DNA of 49,442 bases, filler included, from Catajapyx aquilonaris (lineage: Eukaryota), in NCBI GenBank assembly GCA_000934665.2. It is 2 parts of 2 records of this genome, joined end to end, with 100 filler letters (N's around TTAATTAATTAA, not from the genome) between each part and the next. Parts side by side here need not be neighbours in the genome. Positions count along the whole stretch, not along the records: positions 24,714 to 49,442 come from JYFJ02005482.1; 1 more part is not named here. The stretch is one strand, 5' to 3'. The position numbers were made by a program, and so were the translations under genes. Positions 36,038 to 48,990 of the stretch are shown here, piece after piece (within the stretch, counting starts at the first letter, position 1; every line of letters begins with the position of its first letter). The notes under the pieces were generated by a model that saw nothing but the letters and a program-made list of their open reading frames with translations, ran no database searches and had not been told where the DNA came from.

Positions 36038-36697
36038 AAATATATAAACTGGAACGTGTATGCATTTTTAGCAGATTTTTAGAGTGACTCACAAATAAAG
36101 AGCGTATATCCAAACTGCCTCCAGAAACATTATGTATATATAGCCTACTGCATATTTATCCAATTATTTGACTTTGATTGGACTGCCTGGATTTTAAGAA
36201 AGGAAACTGTGAACATGAGAACAGGCATGATACATGAGATGATCGACGTGAGTCACAAAAATCTAGCGTGGACTGTCCTAGCTTATTACCTGAATCTGCG
36301 TCCTTGTTTCAATAAAATTCCGAATTCCCATGACTGGTTATTTTAAAAGGACTGAACCATTGATATTTTTGCTGCACATTTGCATATCGTTTAATAGATA
36401 ACTAAATAGTGACCCAGCCAATAGTGACTATGTTAAATGAAATACAGTAGTACACAACATCATCTTCGTTCATTTTTCTTTCTACTTCAGTGGCATTAGG
36501 CCTGCTATACTGCATCAATCAAGATATAATTTGTCCCAAAATGCACCTCCGTCATTCCACTTTGATTATGACCTTCAGGGCATCTTAGTTGGCTTTTGAA
36601 AGTCATATGGCAATCATTTTGTCCCTCTTCAAGATGGTGTGTTTGCAAAAAGAGCTGTTGTAAGTTTCCTTAAACTTAATAGATGCATGCCTTAGCT

Positions 36698-37018
36698 CAG
36701 GGGTTCCCAACCAGGGGTACGGAGCTAAGTAACTTACCCCTGAGCCCAAATCGAGCAATTTTGGACATAGCACAGCCCATATAAAGTGGCTTCACCAAAG
36801 GAAAACATATAGCTGGTTTATATTCGAAAAAATAACTTAATTTTCTTTCACTTCATTATATTCCTGGTCCCAAAATATTGATTATAAGGTAGTTATCACA
36901 ATGATCACGGATTAGTTAAATGTCAAGGATTCGGTAACCTGTCATCCTGGTAGGGGGTACGAGAAGGACCAACTTCTCTCAAAGGGGTGTGAAGGCCCGA
37001 AAAGGTTGGGAACCACTG
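36698..37018. mobile_element. hAT (Charlie-like) MITE
   Basis: TIRs CAGGGGTTCCCAACC / GGTTGGGAACCACTG; 8-bp flanks CCTTAGCT and CTTTAGCT (7/8 match). Confidence 0.85.
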
Positions 37019-38268
37019 CTTTAGCTGATTTTCACAATTTTGTCTCCATTGAGAAGATAATCGAATTTTGTGACATAGATGGTGAAATTGTAGCACTCAG
37101 ATATAATCACTCGTTCTGGTAACCGACTGGTAGAACTGGTCGGCTATTACCTATCCTTCATACGTATAGATGGTGTCACGTGGATTGACATGCGACTACC
37201 TTCGTAAAAAATGGAGCATGCTTTGCCAAATCAAGTGAAGCAATTAAATGTTACAAAAATTTGAAAGGAACTTTAATATGAGACAACTGGCCTATCATTT
37301 CCACCATCCTCCTATACATGTATTATGCCCTCGCATGCAATGTCATAGCATAATATTGCAAATCCAGCCCATGCAAGTGTGACAGTTCAATAAATTATCG
37401 CTTCGTATATATATTGTACGACGCGATGATAGTGAACCATATCACACTCTTTTCTTGCTGGGCATAGAGAGCACCTGCCCGACCTCTACTGATAACTGCT
37501 CAGTACTACATCAAGGATCCTTATCACATTATGTGACGGCGAGAAGCGACATTCCACTTTCACTGACACTAGACAGCGAGTGTACAGTGTACTCTGCAGA
37601 CTCGGCACGTTACAGGCAAAGCAGCATCCTGCAGGTAATAATAGTTTTATGCACGGTGGTTTTATGTAATAGGGCACCGGTAGGCCTACATGACAGGAGT
37701 GTTGTCCTTCAGACATTCTGATGTACAATTTTCCGAGTGATCCAAGTTAATCAGGATATCTGGAATACCCACACATATGTGTGTGTGGTTAAACCATGTT
37801 ATAGATAATATAGACGTTATCCTGAAATGTTTTTTTTCAATACCATACTATTAGTTTTCCGTCGGCATAGCACGTCATCAAGGCAGTTTGGTACCGCAAG
37901 TCATACAGGAACAATAATTAATTGCTCTCATATGATTATCCTTTAGAAGACTGCAGTTACTTCGTAAAATAACGCGTGAGTTGCAAACAGTATGTAAACA
38001 ACTTAAATTGGTATTGTCACAACTGTGTCGACCTTGAAAATCATCCGTTTTCCTCATCGTAAGGCGTACTGTTTGTAAGCGCAGTAATATAATGTTACTA
38101 GTGCATTTTATAGTATTGTTCTTTAGATGCCGGAGCGTCCTTGAGGCTACCATAAAAGGAAGAGCATTTTTGCACACTCCGCGATGCATTTGATACAGTA
38201 ATATGTCCTCATTTCCTTATCTCTACAGCAGCAGCAAGAATCAAACAGCTTGACAGATATCAGGTGCC

Positions 38269-39394
38269 ATGGAAAACATCTGGCCGAATCCCCGTCCACC
38301 ACATGCAAGCCAACATAGGTGAGTTTAAGATATATCACTGCCGTATGTGTTGCGAAATCTGTGGTGTCAGCAAAATATTGAAATTATACCCTTAGGGATG
38401 ATGTGATAGTAACCGTGATGAAAGAGGAAGGATTGACCCCTGATGAAGTCCAGTCTACAGGAAATAAAGTGTCCTTTGTGTCACACGGCATTGGCGAATT
38501 TAGGTGTCTGAATTGCTGCTCAAACACATGGCAATCGAGCTGGACATGGGCTGTCCTCAACTTCTACGAACAACAGTGCCATTATCTCTACGGGCAAAAA
38601 TGCCGCCATTGCTACAACCGTGTTATGCCGCCTAACAACTATTTGTACGAGCAGTGGGAAAGGCCCATTTTTGAGAAGAAGCACTGGGAACATCTGGTTC
38701 GGAATGCAGTTCAGAGGCAAGTATTGTTCCGCATTTTTTTTTTCACCAGTCACTGATACATAAAAAAATACTCATTTTAGTGAATGAGCCACAATAAAAC
38801 AATTCAGTAAAATATCGTGTACTTTTACCGACTTTTACTTACGGCCAGTTGTATGCAAGGAAAATAAGGAGCATCTCTTATTATGCTTAGCTATGTCCAA
38901 CACATAATCCTACACATAGATTTCCTCATAGAACTCGGAAAAGGCATTTTCTCTCACGTCCTGCCACTGAGATCTATCCTACCCTGTCATTTTTTTTTTT
39001 TTTTTTTGCATCAAAGGATCGCTCAATCGATTGCTCAGAGCGACAGGCCTTCTCGAATTTGCCACATGATGTCGCATTTTAATTCACACTGAAGGCTGCC
39101 TGGAACTGTAATGGATTGAAGTATGAATATTACGTATTGTAGATTCCAATGCGCAATAATATATAACTCTTTAAGAGCATTGATCTTCTTGAATATTTCA
39201 GTGCTAAGAACTACATCTCATATATTGATGGAACAAAGCCAAAAGAGGAGGAGGTTGAGGGTCAGCAGCCAGAAATTCAGCTGCCAGAGGTTCCACAGCT
39301 ACAAGAGGAAAGTGTCCCAACAACAGGGCCCCATGAAGTTGCTCTGTGTGAAAGGTGCACTAGTCTGCACCGTCCTTGCTGGAGACGTCGCTAA
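38269..39394 (+). CDS. 3CxxC zinc-binding domain protein (RTP/ZAR1-like), paralog A (~187 aa)
   Basis: Exons 38269-38318 (MENIWPNPRPPHASQH), 38396-38716 (GEFRCLNCCSNTWQSSWTW...QKCRHC), 39202-39394 (GPHEVALCERCTSLHRPCW); 564 nt in frame. The second intron uses a GC donor, AG|GCAAGT. Confidence 0.85.
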
Positions 39395-41086
39395 CTTTCA
39401 CATATTGTATGTCAATTAGAAGTCTGACGTTGCCTTATCAGGTTACAAACCGCCTAAACTACATTGGATTTTTTATTTTATACCGAATATCAAGTGAATT
39501 TTAATTAACACGAGAATGTGAGAACTGCATCCAGTGAGCTAAATGTAAGCGTTGAAGGATGCTTAATATCAACATTTTTGTCAATCATTCCTGTATCCCT
39601 ACATATAGTTTGAAAGCGGACTTTCTCACATACAGATGTTGTATACAGTGTGTTATTGCGACTTCCCTTTCACTCCCATTTTATTCCCACGCTATCTGTC
39701 TAGTGACTAATTAAAGCGCAAGATAACATTTTAGGAGTTTTGAGATATAAGCATAAAACTGATTATGAATTACAGAAGCTGTTACAGCAATGACATCGTA
39801 TTTTGATTAGAATAGTTGTGGTACATAGCATAGTCTCGATTATATGGACTTCGCATTATACGGATATCCACCCGATATGGTATGGCAATTTACAAAGTTG
39901 TACTGCCAACTCAGGCATGCAGGTTATTTTCCAGTCACATCCTTCTGTGCTGCAGGGAGCTGCATTTGGCTAGAGAGGCGTAAGAACAGGTATCGGACCT
40001 GTGTTTGCAGTCGGAATTCGTAAATCGGACACAGCGCATACAACATGGGACAGTTTTACGACTGCTGAGATGGCACTGACTCTAGGAATACCTCGTCCCA
40101 AGAATCGCTGTAGCCTGTAGTCGTAACTGTCTGCGAAATCCCGTGAATCTTTGCAAATGCACGACAATTCGACGATGTCGTGCGTGTAATGCTGTTGTCG
40201 GTCGCATTTTTGAGCACGTTCTTTGAATAAATATGTTGTTCACACTCATTGGCTTCCATTCATTTATGTAGCAGCTCTACCGATATCTTCTGTCAACGCC
40301 CTCTAACATCCAAGGACGATGTCAGCGGACATATGCAGTATATTCATAGATTCAAAAGGTTTGTCTTGCTGTTCCCCATCTACAGTACGGTACCATTTTG
40401 TAAACATAGTTTTAAAACACCCTGTATGCCAATATATTGTGTCATTAGCAGAGGTCGAATTTTTTATGAAACTTGTCCCTCTTCCTGCTCTATATAGATG
40501 GGGTTCAGGAGGTGTTCAGCAACAGCCACGAGTCACTCCGGTTCATTGCCAAAAACTATCCATAATAATGTCAATTTGATGATGATGGACATACAATTTT
40601 AAATGTTGCTCATCGAGCACTTCAGTTGGCTGCTTGATGGACACACAGTTGTTGCCATAATTAGTTAGAAATTAGTTAGAAATAAACAAAAACGTTGTTT
40701 ATTTTCCCGCCCCTGAAACTCACTGGAAATTCTTCAAAACTTACATATTCTCTTGGAGCCCCAAAAACAAAACGTTAATAGTAATAATAGAATAGGGGTT
40801 GAACGCAAGAATGGACTATAAGCGCCGAGAGGTGCAAATGGAGATAATTAGACCTAAAGTTAAAAATTTGTACAGTACTTCTGATACGTGCACGTACATC
40901 TCATAAGCTCTTATGTTGCAGACAATGAATCATACAATTTAGTGATGAAATTGAAGAAACGTATTTATTACTGCATAACCCCCAAAAATTTTAACTTTGA
41001 CAATCCGTTTGCGCACAACATGGTAGATAGTCCATTTTAACAAGGACAGAAATTTGCTTCATTTCACATAATGGAGCTTTAACATG

Positions 41087-41670
41087 TCAGGAATGCACTT
41101 TGCACTCTCTCTGTTGCATGGAAGCCTCATTCACCAGATCAGGAGCATCTGAATCGTCGACGACAACTCCATCACCTTGGGTATCACATGGTTTGAGGTT
41201 CCGGTAAAAATGTGCATATGCTGCACTGGGAACAAAGTCTATCAAAGTCAGCAGATGTTTCACCTTTGCTTCTTGAACCAGTCTTCCCTCGGGATACAAT
41301 GGCAACAAGTGAGTTAGTCCCAGCTGCTTGACCTGGCCCCGTGTCGCCTTGCGAATGTTCAATGTTCGCATCATTTCATTAGGATTGTGTGAGTACTTGT
41401 ACCTCAATTGGAAAGGGTGATTCCTGGTGACCTCCAATTATTCCAATATCTTGAGCCTTTTGATTTTCTGTATTAATTTTGCGGTGAGTGACTTTGTACA
41501 CCACAGTATACATTTCACGTTGACAATTTCACGACATGTCATTTCATGAACTACAAAAGGTTTCTTAAGCTTTGCCTCTCTGACAGCATCTGCCCAGTAA
41601 CAAGGAAGGTAAACAGCTCGACTTGGCTTTGCCTTTCCTATAACTTAAAACCTCAATCAGTTTCTATACA
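41087..41670 (-). pseudogene. Degenerate DNA transposase C-terminal fragment, Sola-like
   Basis: VIGKAK...VYLPCYWADAVREAKLKKPFVVHEM...LYPEGRLVQEAKVKHLLTLIDFVP...HFYRNL, interrupted by a stop and probable frameshifts. It resembles Sola transposase C-termini as I recall them. Confidence 0.6.
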
Positions 41671-42335
41671 TGCACCGATTGCTTATCTACAGCGGAAATG
41701 TGCTTATCATTACTTTTATTTTTAAAACTGCATCATGTAACTATACAGTGCACACAGAAGATAATCACTAGAGTGCTTTTTGCCTTGCAGCGACTGGCGA
41801 AGGGTTTTTTGCGTAGCGATATATTTACTACTGCCTCGCAAAGAAAGGTAGGAATATAATATTTTGTGTGTCGGTGAGTATGGGTAATGCTGAAACTGCA
41901 AGAGGTTGTAATTTAAAATGATTTTGATACCTTAACAAGTCTTAGATATGCATATAAAATATAATCGACCCTTTGCAAAAAAAAATTAAATACGGGTCGC
42001 ACATCACTGAACAGAAGTGACATTTATTTGGTAGGAAGTAGGCTATCATGCCTTTTTTGAATTTTTGTAATCAATGTTGGAAGCACCATAACCATGGACA
42101 TTTGTAGCCTATCGTTTGTTCCATAATTAAGCGTACATTCGTATCAGAATAAATGTCACGTACAAGTCCTGTTGGCCCCTTGAGGAAGTGAGGAGCTAGA
42201 TGCAGGAGTGCACGCGACATTTTCACCCATATACACACATAATATCAATTATTAAACATGCGGTATAGTTCTGTACACTTTTTTCATGTTGGAGCAGACC
42301 CGAGAAAATTCACCCGACATGCAGAAACAAGCACT

Positions 42336-42389
42336 GGCTAAGGACAACTCACGGGCTAAGGACAACTCACGGGCTATGGACAACTCACG
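42336..42389 (+). repeat. 18-nt tandem repeat x3
   Basis: GGCTAAGGACAACTCACG, GGCTAAGGACAACTCACG, GGCTATGGACAACTCACG; likely a transposon subterminal repeat. Confidence 0.8.
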
Positions 42390-43025
42390 GCCAAAGTTCC
42401 GGCCATGTAATGACCATCAGAAGAAGTTAGTATAATAATCATTGTATACATAGCACTTAACTGTACATAACTTTGCAAATTGGTTCATTTCCAACCGGGG
42501 GAGGCCAAACATCTGCGATAGCAGGTTGGTTATGAATCCTGTCCATATACTCGTACAGTATCTCATCCGCGATAAATGGTAACATTATTATACTGTGTTT
42601 CAATTGAGGTGTCCGTGTAATTTAGTAATTCCCTCCCCCCCCCCCACTAAACTACCTATTGTTAGGAGCGGATCTAGGCTGCAAAAATAGGCTCAACCCG
42701 CGGGTTCAACCATTGATCTCAGATGGCATTTGGTCAAAATGTGTCACTCGCAATGACTTCAGATCGGAAATTCATTGCAAGTCATGCGGCCTTAATGAAT
42801 TAGCTTCTACTCAACCTGCTCAACCTGATATTAAAAGCACACATTTATGATAATCTGATAACGTTGGTGACTTGATACGATTCAGAAGTGCAAACGAGCA
42901 TGCCCAGATTAATGCAGTCATTTTGAATTAGTGGATTCGAGTAGGCCTATAGGTATTAACTAGCACTCTTAACAACAATAAAGGTCCGTGCAAGATAGCG
43001 AAAAGGTGAAGCACATACCCCCACG

Positions 43026-43140
<115 letters not shown>

Positions 43141-43271
43141 TATTAAAGGCCAATTTGACTGGTATATTTGAGCTGATTGATGATAAAGTATTCTGAAAAA
43201 TGAGTTTCAGGACAAGGGCGCAATTTCAGTGCTTGCCATATGCGCTCTTTTCAGTAGATCAGTACGCCTAT

Positions 43272-43947
43272 ATGCCAGAGATCTCTTCAACAACTGTTCA
43301 CATTATTATCAGTGATTCAGTGCTCAAGTATTCGAGTAAAAACATAAACACTAACACTTACGAATAAATCCACGTTCTTGTACGTTATCTTATATTACTT
43401 AACATTATTCTCAGAGATGATATCACCGTGAATGTCATGAAAGAAGAAGGACTTCTTCCAAAGGAGGTCGAAGAAGATTACAGAAGCATCGTGCATAAAT
43501 GCACAGGATATTTCCAATGTCTGAACTGTGGAAAAAATTGGACTTCGGTGTGGACCTGGGCAAAAATAAGTCTCTACGAACAACAGGTCCTATATCTTTA
43601 TGGACAAAAGTGCGAAAGATGCCAAAATTATTTTGAAAAGCCAACATTTTACAGTGAAGATTGGGAAGACCTAGTTCGAGGTGCAGTAAAACGGTACGAT
43701 GGTTTAGAATTCTATTCTGCATTATGCTGCCAAGTTGTGTTAAGTGATATCAACAGAACAGCTGAATATCTTTTTCCTTTCTTTTAGTGCCATAGAAGGC
43801 CTCACTTATAATTATTACATCACGTTGACTGAAAGGAGTGGAGAACCATATCAACAATGTGATGGACCCCACCGACCTGGGATGTGTGAGAGATGTGTTG
43901 AACTGATGGGAATAAGGCCTTGCTGGCTTGGCTGGTATAAGAAGTAG
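43272..43947 (+). CDS. 3CxxC zinc-binding domain protein (RTP/ZAR1-like), paralog B
   Basis: Firm exons 43415-43693 (DDITVNVMKEEGL...GYFQCLNCGKNWTSVWTW...QKCERC) and 43788-43947 (GPHRPGMCERCVELMGIRPCW). The first coding exon 43272-43327 is tentative (correct phase, weak donor). Confidence 0.82.
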
Positions 43948-44622
43948 TTAATTTTTATGAAGAATCATTGTCAGTCTCGCGGAGAAAGCTATACAAGTCT
44001 ACATGATGCATACAGCCTACACTGTGCAATCAAGATGCCAATCAGTATCATGTTATAACTTTCTGAACCTCTCTATAGTTTCGTTGGAATAGACTAGATA
44101 TACAGGTGGTGCATTGTATACACATCCACAGTATAAAAATGGAGGAAGAGGAGACATCGTGAATTGTTTACTTACCGAAGCAAACAGTTTAAGGCAAGAA
44201 ACCCATTGGAAGCAACATACTGTCATTCATTGTCGTGATTGATACCTTCATTTATAACTTCTCTCCTTTCTCGTATCCCGAATAGTGGACAGGGAAATGC
44301 ACCACTATGTATAAGCGTGGTGTAAATAATTATAGTATAAGCTCCTTTAAAACATCTTGTAATCATAAAATTATTTCTACTTTTTATGTGGAATAAACGT
44401 AACGGGGCATATTTAAAATCAATGTTAGAACTTATCGGATTATTTTTGTATCTCAATTTGTCAAGTGACAGCAGGTTGCACCGAAGATGAAAGTATGTTA
44501 GTATATACATACAGCACTGGATGAATAATTTTGGTGTTCAAGTACATTTGGATCTGTCGATAAAAAATCAGGCACAAATGTGAAACAGATTTTTTTACAT
44601 AGGCCTACTCGTACTGCTCACC

Positions 44623-44624
<2 letters not shown>

Positions 44625-44661
<37 letters not shown>
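44625..44661. repeat. (CT)n microsatellite
   Basis: Directly visible. Confidence 0.9.
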
Positions 44662-44663
<2 letters not shown>

Positions 44664-45134
44664 CAATAACGTCTACTTTCTTGTGAACAATGCGAGTAGG
44701 CATATTTGGTAATTGTTGCACACAGAATAAATGTTTTTTTTGGGAAATAATGCATAAATTCATATTATTGTCGCACACCTAATGTCAAGAGTAGTCTAAC
44801 ACTCATTTTCCCCGTTAGCTGCTGCATTACAAAAAGTCTGGCTCTTCCGAGTATACCAGTCTGTCTAGTACGTAAAGCAATATGACACCCTCCAACCCAA
44901 CGACGACTGCCGTAGAGACAATAAAGCAGTAAAATGTGCGTAATCAAGGGCACGCTGCCCGTTGACCTCTGCTGATGGGGACCAAAGTCCACACTCTGGT
45001 AATGTCGCATGAGCCGTCTGCAACCTTGAAGGCGCGACGAGGGACACTTTTTTAAAACCATTTATTTGTTCTTTTTTTGTCTGCATAGGTCCAGAAAGGT
45101 CAGCCATGAGTCCCATGACCACATATTTGGGTAT

Positions 45135-45470
45135 ACACTGTACTCCCGATTATCCGGGCTAATGACTGCATGGGCGTAGCCGAATAGTCGGAAAACACGG
45201 ATAATCCTAAAATGGTTCTAGATACTGTAAAAGTGAGCTGTTCAGAGGTTTTTAATGATCTACTGTACATAGTATATATGTGCTTTAAATAAGGTTATTT
45301 AATCAAATAATGAAGCTTGCCACGCATTTTTAGTTTGTCTTCTGGAAATAGTACATGTTACATTTCTTTATTTGCAAGGCATACAGTATTGACAGTTTTT
45401 GCACTCTTATTTATTTTACTTTGTTTTGGCGATGCACGGATAATCCGCAAGGATAATCGAGAGTATTTTA
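45135..45470. mobile_element. Degenerate pogo/Tigger-like MITE
   Basis: TACTCCCGATTATCC at the left and GGATAATCGAGAGTA at the right, with internal CGGATAATC repeats. Confidence 0.5.
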
Positions 45471-46166
45471 ATGCAAATCAATATTCAGTATATTTCATAT
45501 CATAGTGGATTTCTCAGTTACTAGCTAAAAACTTTAGCGGCCGTTCTATCTGCTTTGGCCCCCCTCATACCCCCCCNCCCCCCCCCCCCATTCAAATCCC
45601 CCAAAGGTGGGGATAGTGCACTTTATGAACGCACCGAGTGTTTACGTAACGTTCACCAGCCCTGGCTGCTCTAATAATTTCTGTCATTTTAAATACCAAT
45701 ATAACCAATATATATACTGTGTATAGGCATTGTTTTTCCCATATAAATTTGTATAAATTTCTGAAAACCGCAACCTACTACTGGAAGATAGAAGGTAGTT
45801 GCAGAAAACAGCTATGCTACTGGTTTGTACTGTCCGCCAGCAGTTCCATTTGTTTCCAGCTCATCAGTGCGAGCACAAGCCACCTGCCGAAGCTCCTCTG
45901 TCTGGTAAGGATTCCAGTGGTTATATCCGCCCATGCTTCCAGCAGTTTCACAGTGGCTTACAATAATACAGGCTATTACTACTACCATTAACTTTATTGT
46001 GATTAGTTAGCATTTAACTAGATAGACAATCAATTGTCGTGTTTCTCATGCGTTTTACGCAGCTACAGGCAGACTGAATTAACATTTCCATGCCAAGGAC
46101 ACGTGTCTGAATCCTCGAAGCAGTCTAATAATGTCAAAAAATAATAAGTAGGCTACCGGTAACTAA

Positions 46167-46312
46167 TGGTTGAATTTTAGTCCCACTGCTAGTTACTGAT
46201 AACTTAGGAGTATCTGTGTTGGGGACGGTTACTACTAACTTAGCAGGATCTGTGTTGGGGATGGTTAATGCTAAGTTAGCAATAACTAGCATTGGGACTA
46301 AAAATTCCACCC
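46167..46312. mobile_element. Hairpin MITE, PIF/Harbinger-like, copy 1
   Basis: TAA|TGGTTGAATTTTAGTCCCACTGCTAGTTACTG...CAATAACTAGCATTGGGACTAAAAATTCCACCC|TAA; same family as the copy at 46961. Confidence 0.65.
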
Positions 46313-46336
46313 TAAGTCACATTTTGAAATTTCAAA

Positions 46337-46527
46337 GAGGCCGTACACATATTACGTCATCACATTTTTGACATTTTGACCCCCCCCCCCTCGCCTCCCC
46401 CTCGTCATACTTCGTCATCATTTGGCAACCCCCCCNCCCAACTTGGACCCTCCCCCTCCCCCTCTCGTCATCTTTGGTCATCAGGTAGCCCCCCCCTTCG
46501 ATGATGACGTAATATGTGAACGACCCC
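46337..46527. mobile_element. MITE with ~25-bp TIRs (PIF/Harbinger-like)
   Basis: GAGGCCGTACACATATTACGTCATC ... GATGACGTAATATGTGAACGACCCC, with C-rich internal repeats. Confidence 0.7.
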
Positions 46528-46960
46528 CAAAGCTTCAGTCCTTTTTGGACAATGGTGGCACGTGGTAACATGAAGCCTAACTGCTCTGCGTTATCTTTTG
46601 CGATAAGACTTATGGCAGCAAAAATGGCTCGGCTAGACTCTTATTTTCCAATAAAGTCCAGTTAAGATCTTGCCAGTATTAATAATCACTGGGCAACGAA
46701 TTTTGACAAAAGTCGAGGCTCTGTCAAATACCCTGTAGACATTCATTAATGATTTCAAGGCGCTGAACACGAATAATCGAATGTGACAATGAAAATGAAA
46801 ATGAAAAATTGGCTACGGTTTTTGAGAAATTCGCAATAGTTTCTTATACAGTATAATAGAGCCATACGTACCAAGTAGTATACACTACATAATTATGACA
46901 TGTACCAGTAAATGGTTAAAATATGAGTTATAACAGTATTTTCAAGTGCTTGAAAACATG

Positions 46961-47072
46961 GGGTGGAATTTTCGTCTCACTGATAGTTACTGCTAACGTA
47001 GCAGTACCAGTGTTGGCAATGGTACTGCTAAGTTAGCAGTAACTATCAGTGGGACGAAAATATATTCCACCC
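46961..47072. mobile_element. Hairpin MITE, copy 2
   Basis: ATG|GGGTGGAATTTTCGTCTCACTGATAGTTACTGCTAAC...GTTAGCAGTAACTATCAGTGGGACGAAAATATATTCCACCC|ATG; 3-bp direct flanks. Confidence 0.7.
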
Positions 47073-48085
47073 ATGAGTTTTTAGGCAGTGCCTTGGACAC
47101 CCAAAGTAGTGAATTTTATTAATTAAACATGATTCGTATTACTTGTGAACGATTATGCTCCAATGATGAGCACAAAAAATACTCCGCTAAAAACCAAACA
47201 TATGCCTCTGAAAAAATTGGTCCGTAATAGGCCCAAAAAGTCCCGAAATTGCTTCAAAAAGTTCAAAAACTATCCCAAAAAAGGCCAAATAGGCATGAAA
47301 AGTCGCAAAAAGCCATAATTTTATGCAAAATAGTTCCCAAAACCACGAAATGTGTAGTTTTAGGCACTATAAAACCAACATTTTCTACATCCTGCACTAT
47401 CTTATGAAACGGATAGGTCTCTTCACAAAACCATCCCAACTGTTAAGGAACTTAATAGGCATTTACCTATAAATCCGGACTCTCCTTATAATATACGTAC
47501 ATAGCTTTCTCAGAGGCTTGAATAATTAGATCCATTTTTGACCTTTTGACCATCGTATCTCAAAACCTATTGAGATCAAGGGTTTTTCTGAAAATGTGCT
47601 TTCTTTCTAGCAGATAGAGAACCCAAAATACACAATTTGAACATGAACTTCACATTGAAATTCGCGAGGTTTCCTTGTACGTCGCATACAGTAGTTTATG
47701 CATGACCATATATGACCATGTCTGTCTCTCCTAAACTATAGCGCCAATCGACAATAAATTATTGTCATATTCATGTTCATCACTTTGGAATTAGTCAAGA
47801 TTAGCTATTTCCATTTCAAAGCCTGTTTCTGTGTTGCCCAGTGTAACCTTTTCTGGTTACGCTAATGTCAGTTAGGCCTACGTTTGTTCTTACACATGGC
47901 AGACGAAATAATGGCTTCATTAACACAGTAAAATCTGCATCTTGCACTCGAGTTCAAACTAGAAAATGATAACTCGAGGCTGGCGACGCGACGTGACGAA
48001 TCGTTTAATGACAACAATAACTGTAGGCTATACAATATACCTTCTATTATTATGTAATATTTTTACAGGTAAATTCTTCTCATCA

Positions 48086-48956
48086 ATGGTACGGAAAAGG
48101 TGTGCTGGGTGGCCAAACCCAGTACCGCAGATATCAGGACAAGCTGGTGCAGCCCGTCCAAGGTAACAGTCACATTTACCTTCTTCAACTGAGATTAGCT
48201 TGAAATGAAATGAATGTTCCCTGCTCAATGGTCTGGATATTCTGCCCAATACTAGCTTAATTTCCCAGTGAAAACATGCACTCTGCATGTCGTAAAGTAA
48301 TTGATAGAAGGGGGCTTAGCAGTTGGGTATCAATACTGTGTAAGATGTACGATTACCTCTGAGGAATACTGAGAAAATTCCACCCTTTTTCAGCAACGAG
48401 CCGACGACAGATCGAGTGATACGGGAAGAAATGTACCCGACAAATCCATCCTCCTTTCATGGACACAGAACCATTGTCGCTAGAGGAATGGGGCATTTTC
48501 AATGTCGTAACTGTCATTACCGCTGGAATTCGGCTTGGACTTGGGCTACCATCGATTTTTATGCCCAAAAATGCACTCGTCTCTACTGGCAAAAATGCCG
48601 AAAGTGCAGGAGACCATTACCATCGTACCCTACATTTCAAGAGAGCTATTGGAGAAAATTAATCCAAGAGGGACTCTCCAAGTTAGTAAACTTACTACTT
48701 ACAGTCAGACATTTTAATGGTGCATGTTACAATTATTGAACATGAAACTGGTAAAATTATGAGAGAATATCTACATAAGGCTACTTTCAGGTGGGACACC
48801 GTCTACGTGCATCCCATCTACCAAGTGAAGAGCGGCAGGGACAATGGGAATCGCAACTCTGATGATCCTGCCACTGGTCCACATCATTGTGGACTCTGTG
48901 AAAGGTGCCAGAAGCTTGGATTTGCGTGCTGGTTGTCCTACAGGGGCTCCGATTAA
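48086..48956 (+). CDS. 3CxxC zinc-binding domain protein (RTP/ZAR1-like), paralog C (~176 aa)
   Basis: Exons 48086-48162 (MVRKRCAGWPNPVPQ...), 48394-48681 (GHFQCRNCHYRWNSAWTW...QKCRKC), 48791-48956 (GPHHCGLCERCQKLGFACW); 531 nt in frame with GT-AG introns. Confidence 0.88.
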
Positions 48957-48990
48957 ATATGAACTCCAAAGCTGCATTCAACACATTAAA

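Noticed and set aside
40270..40580. Exon-like segments as the 5' end of 3CxxC paralog B
   Set aside because: No similarity to the first exons of A or C, and no way to choose among weak splice options.
42336..42389. Short direct repeats as a CRISPR-like array
   Set aside because: Head-to-tail repeats without spacers, in a eukaryotic context.
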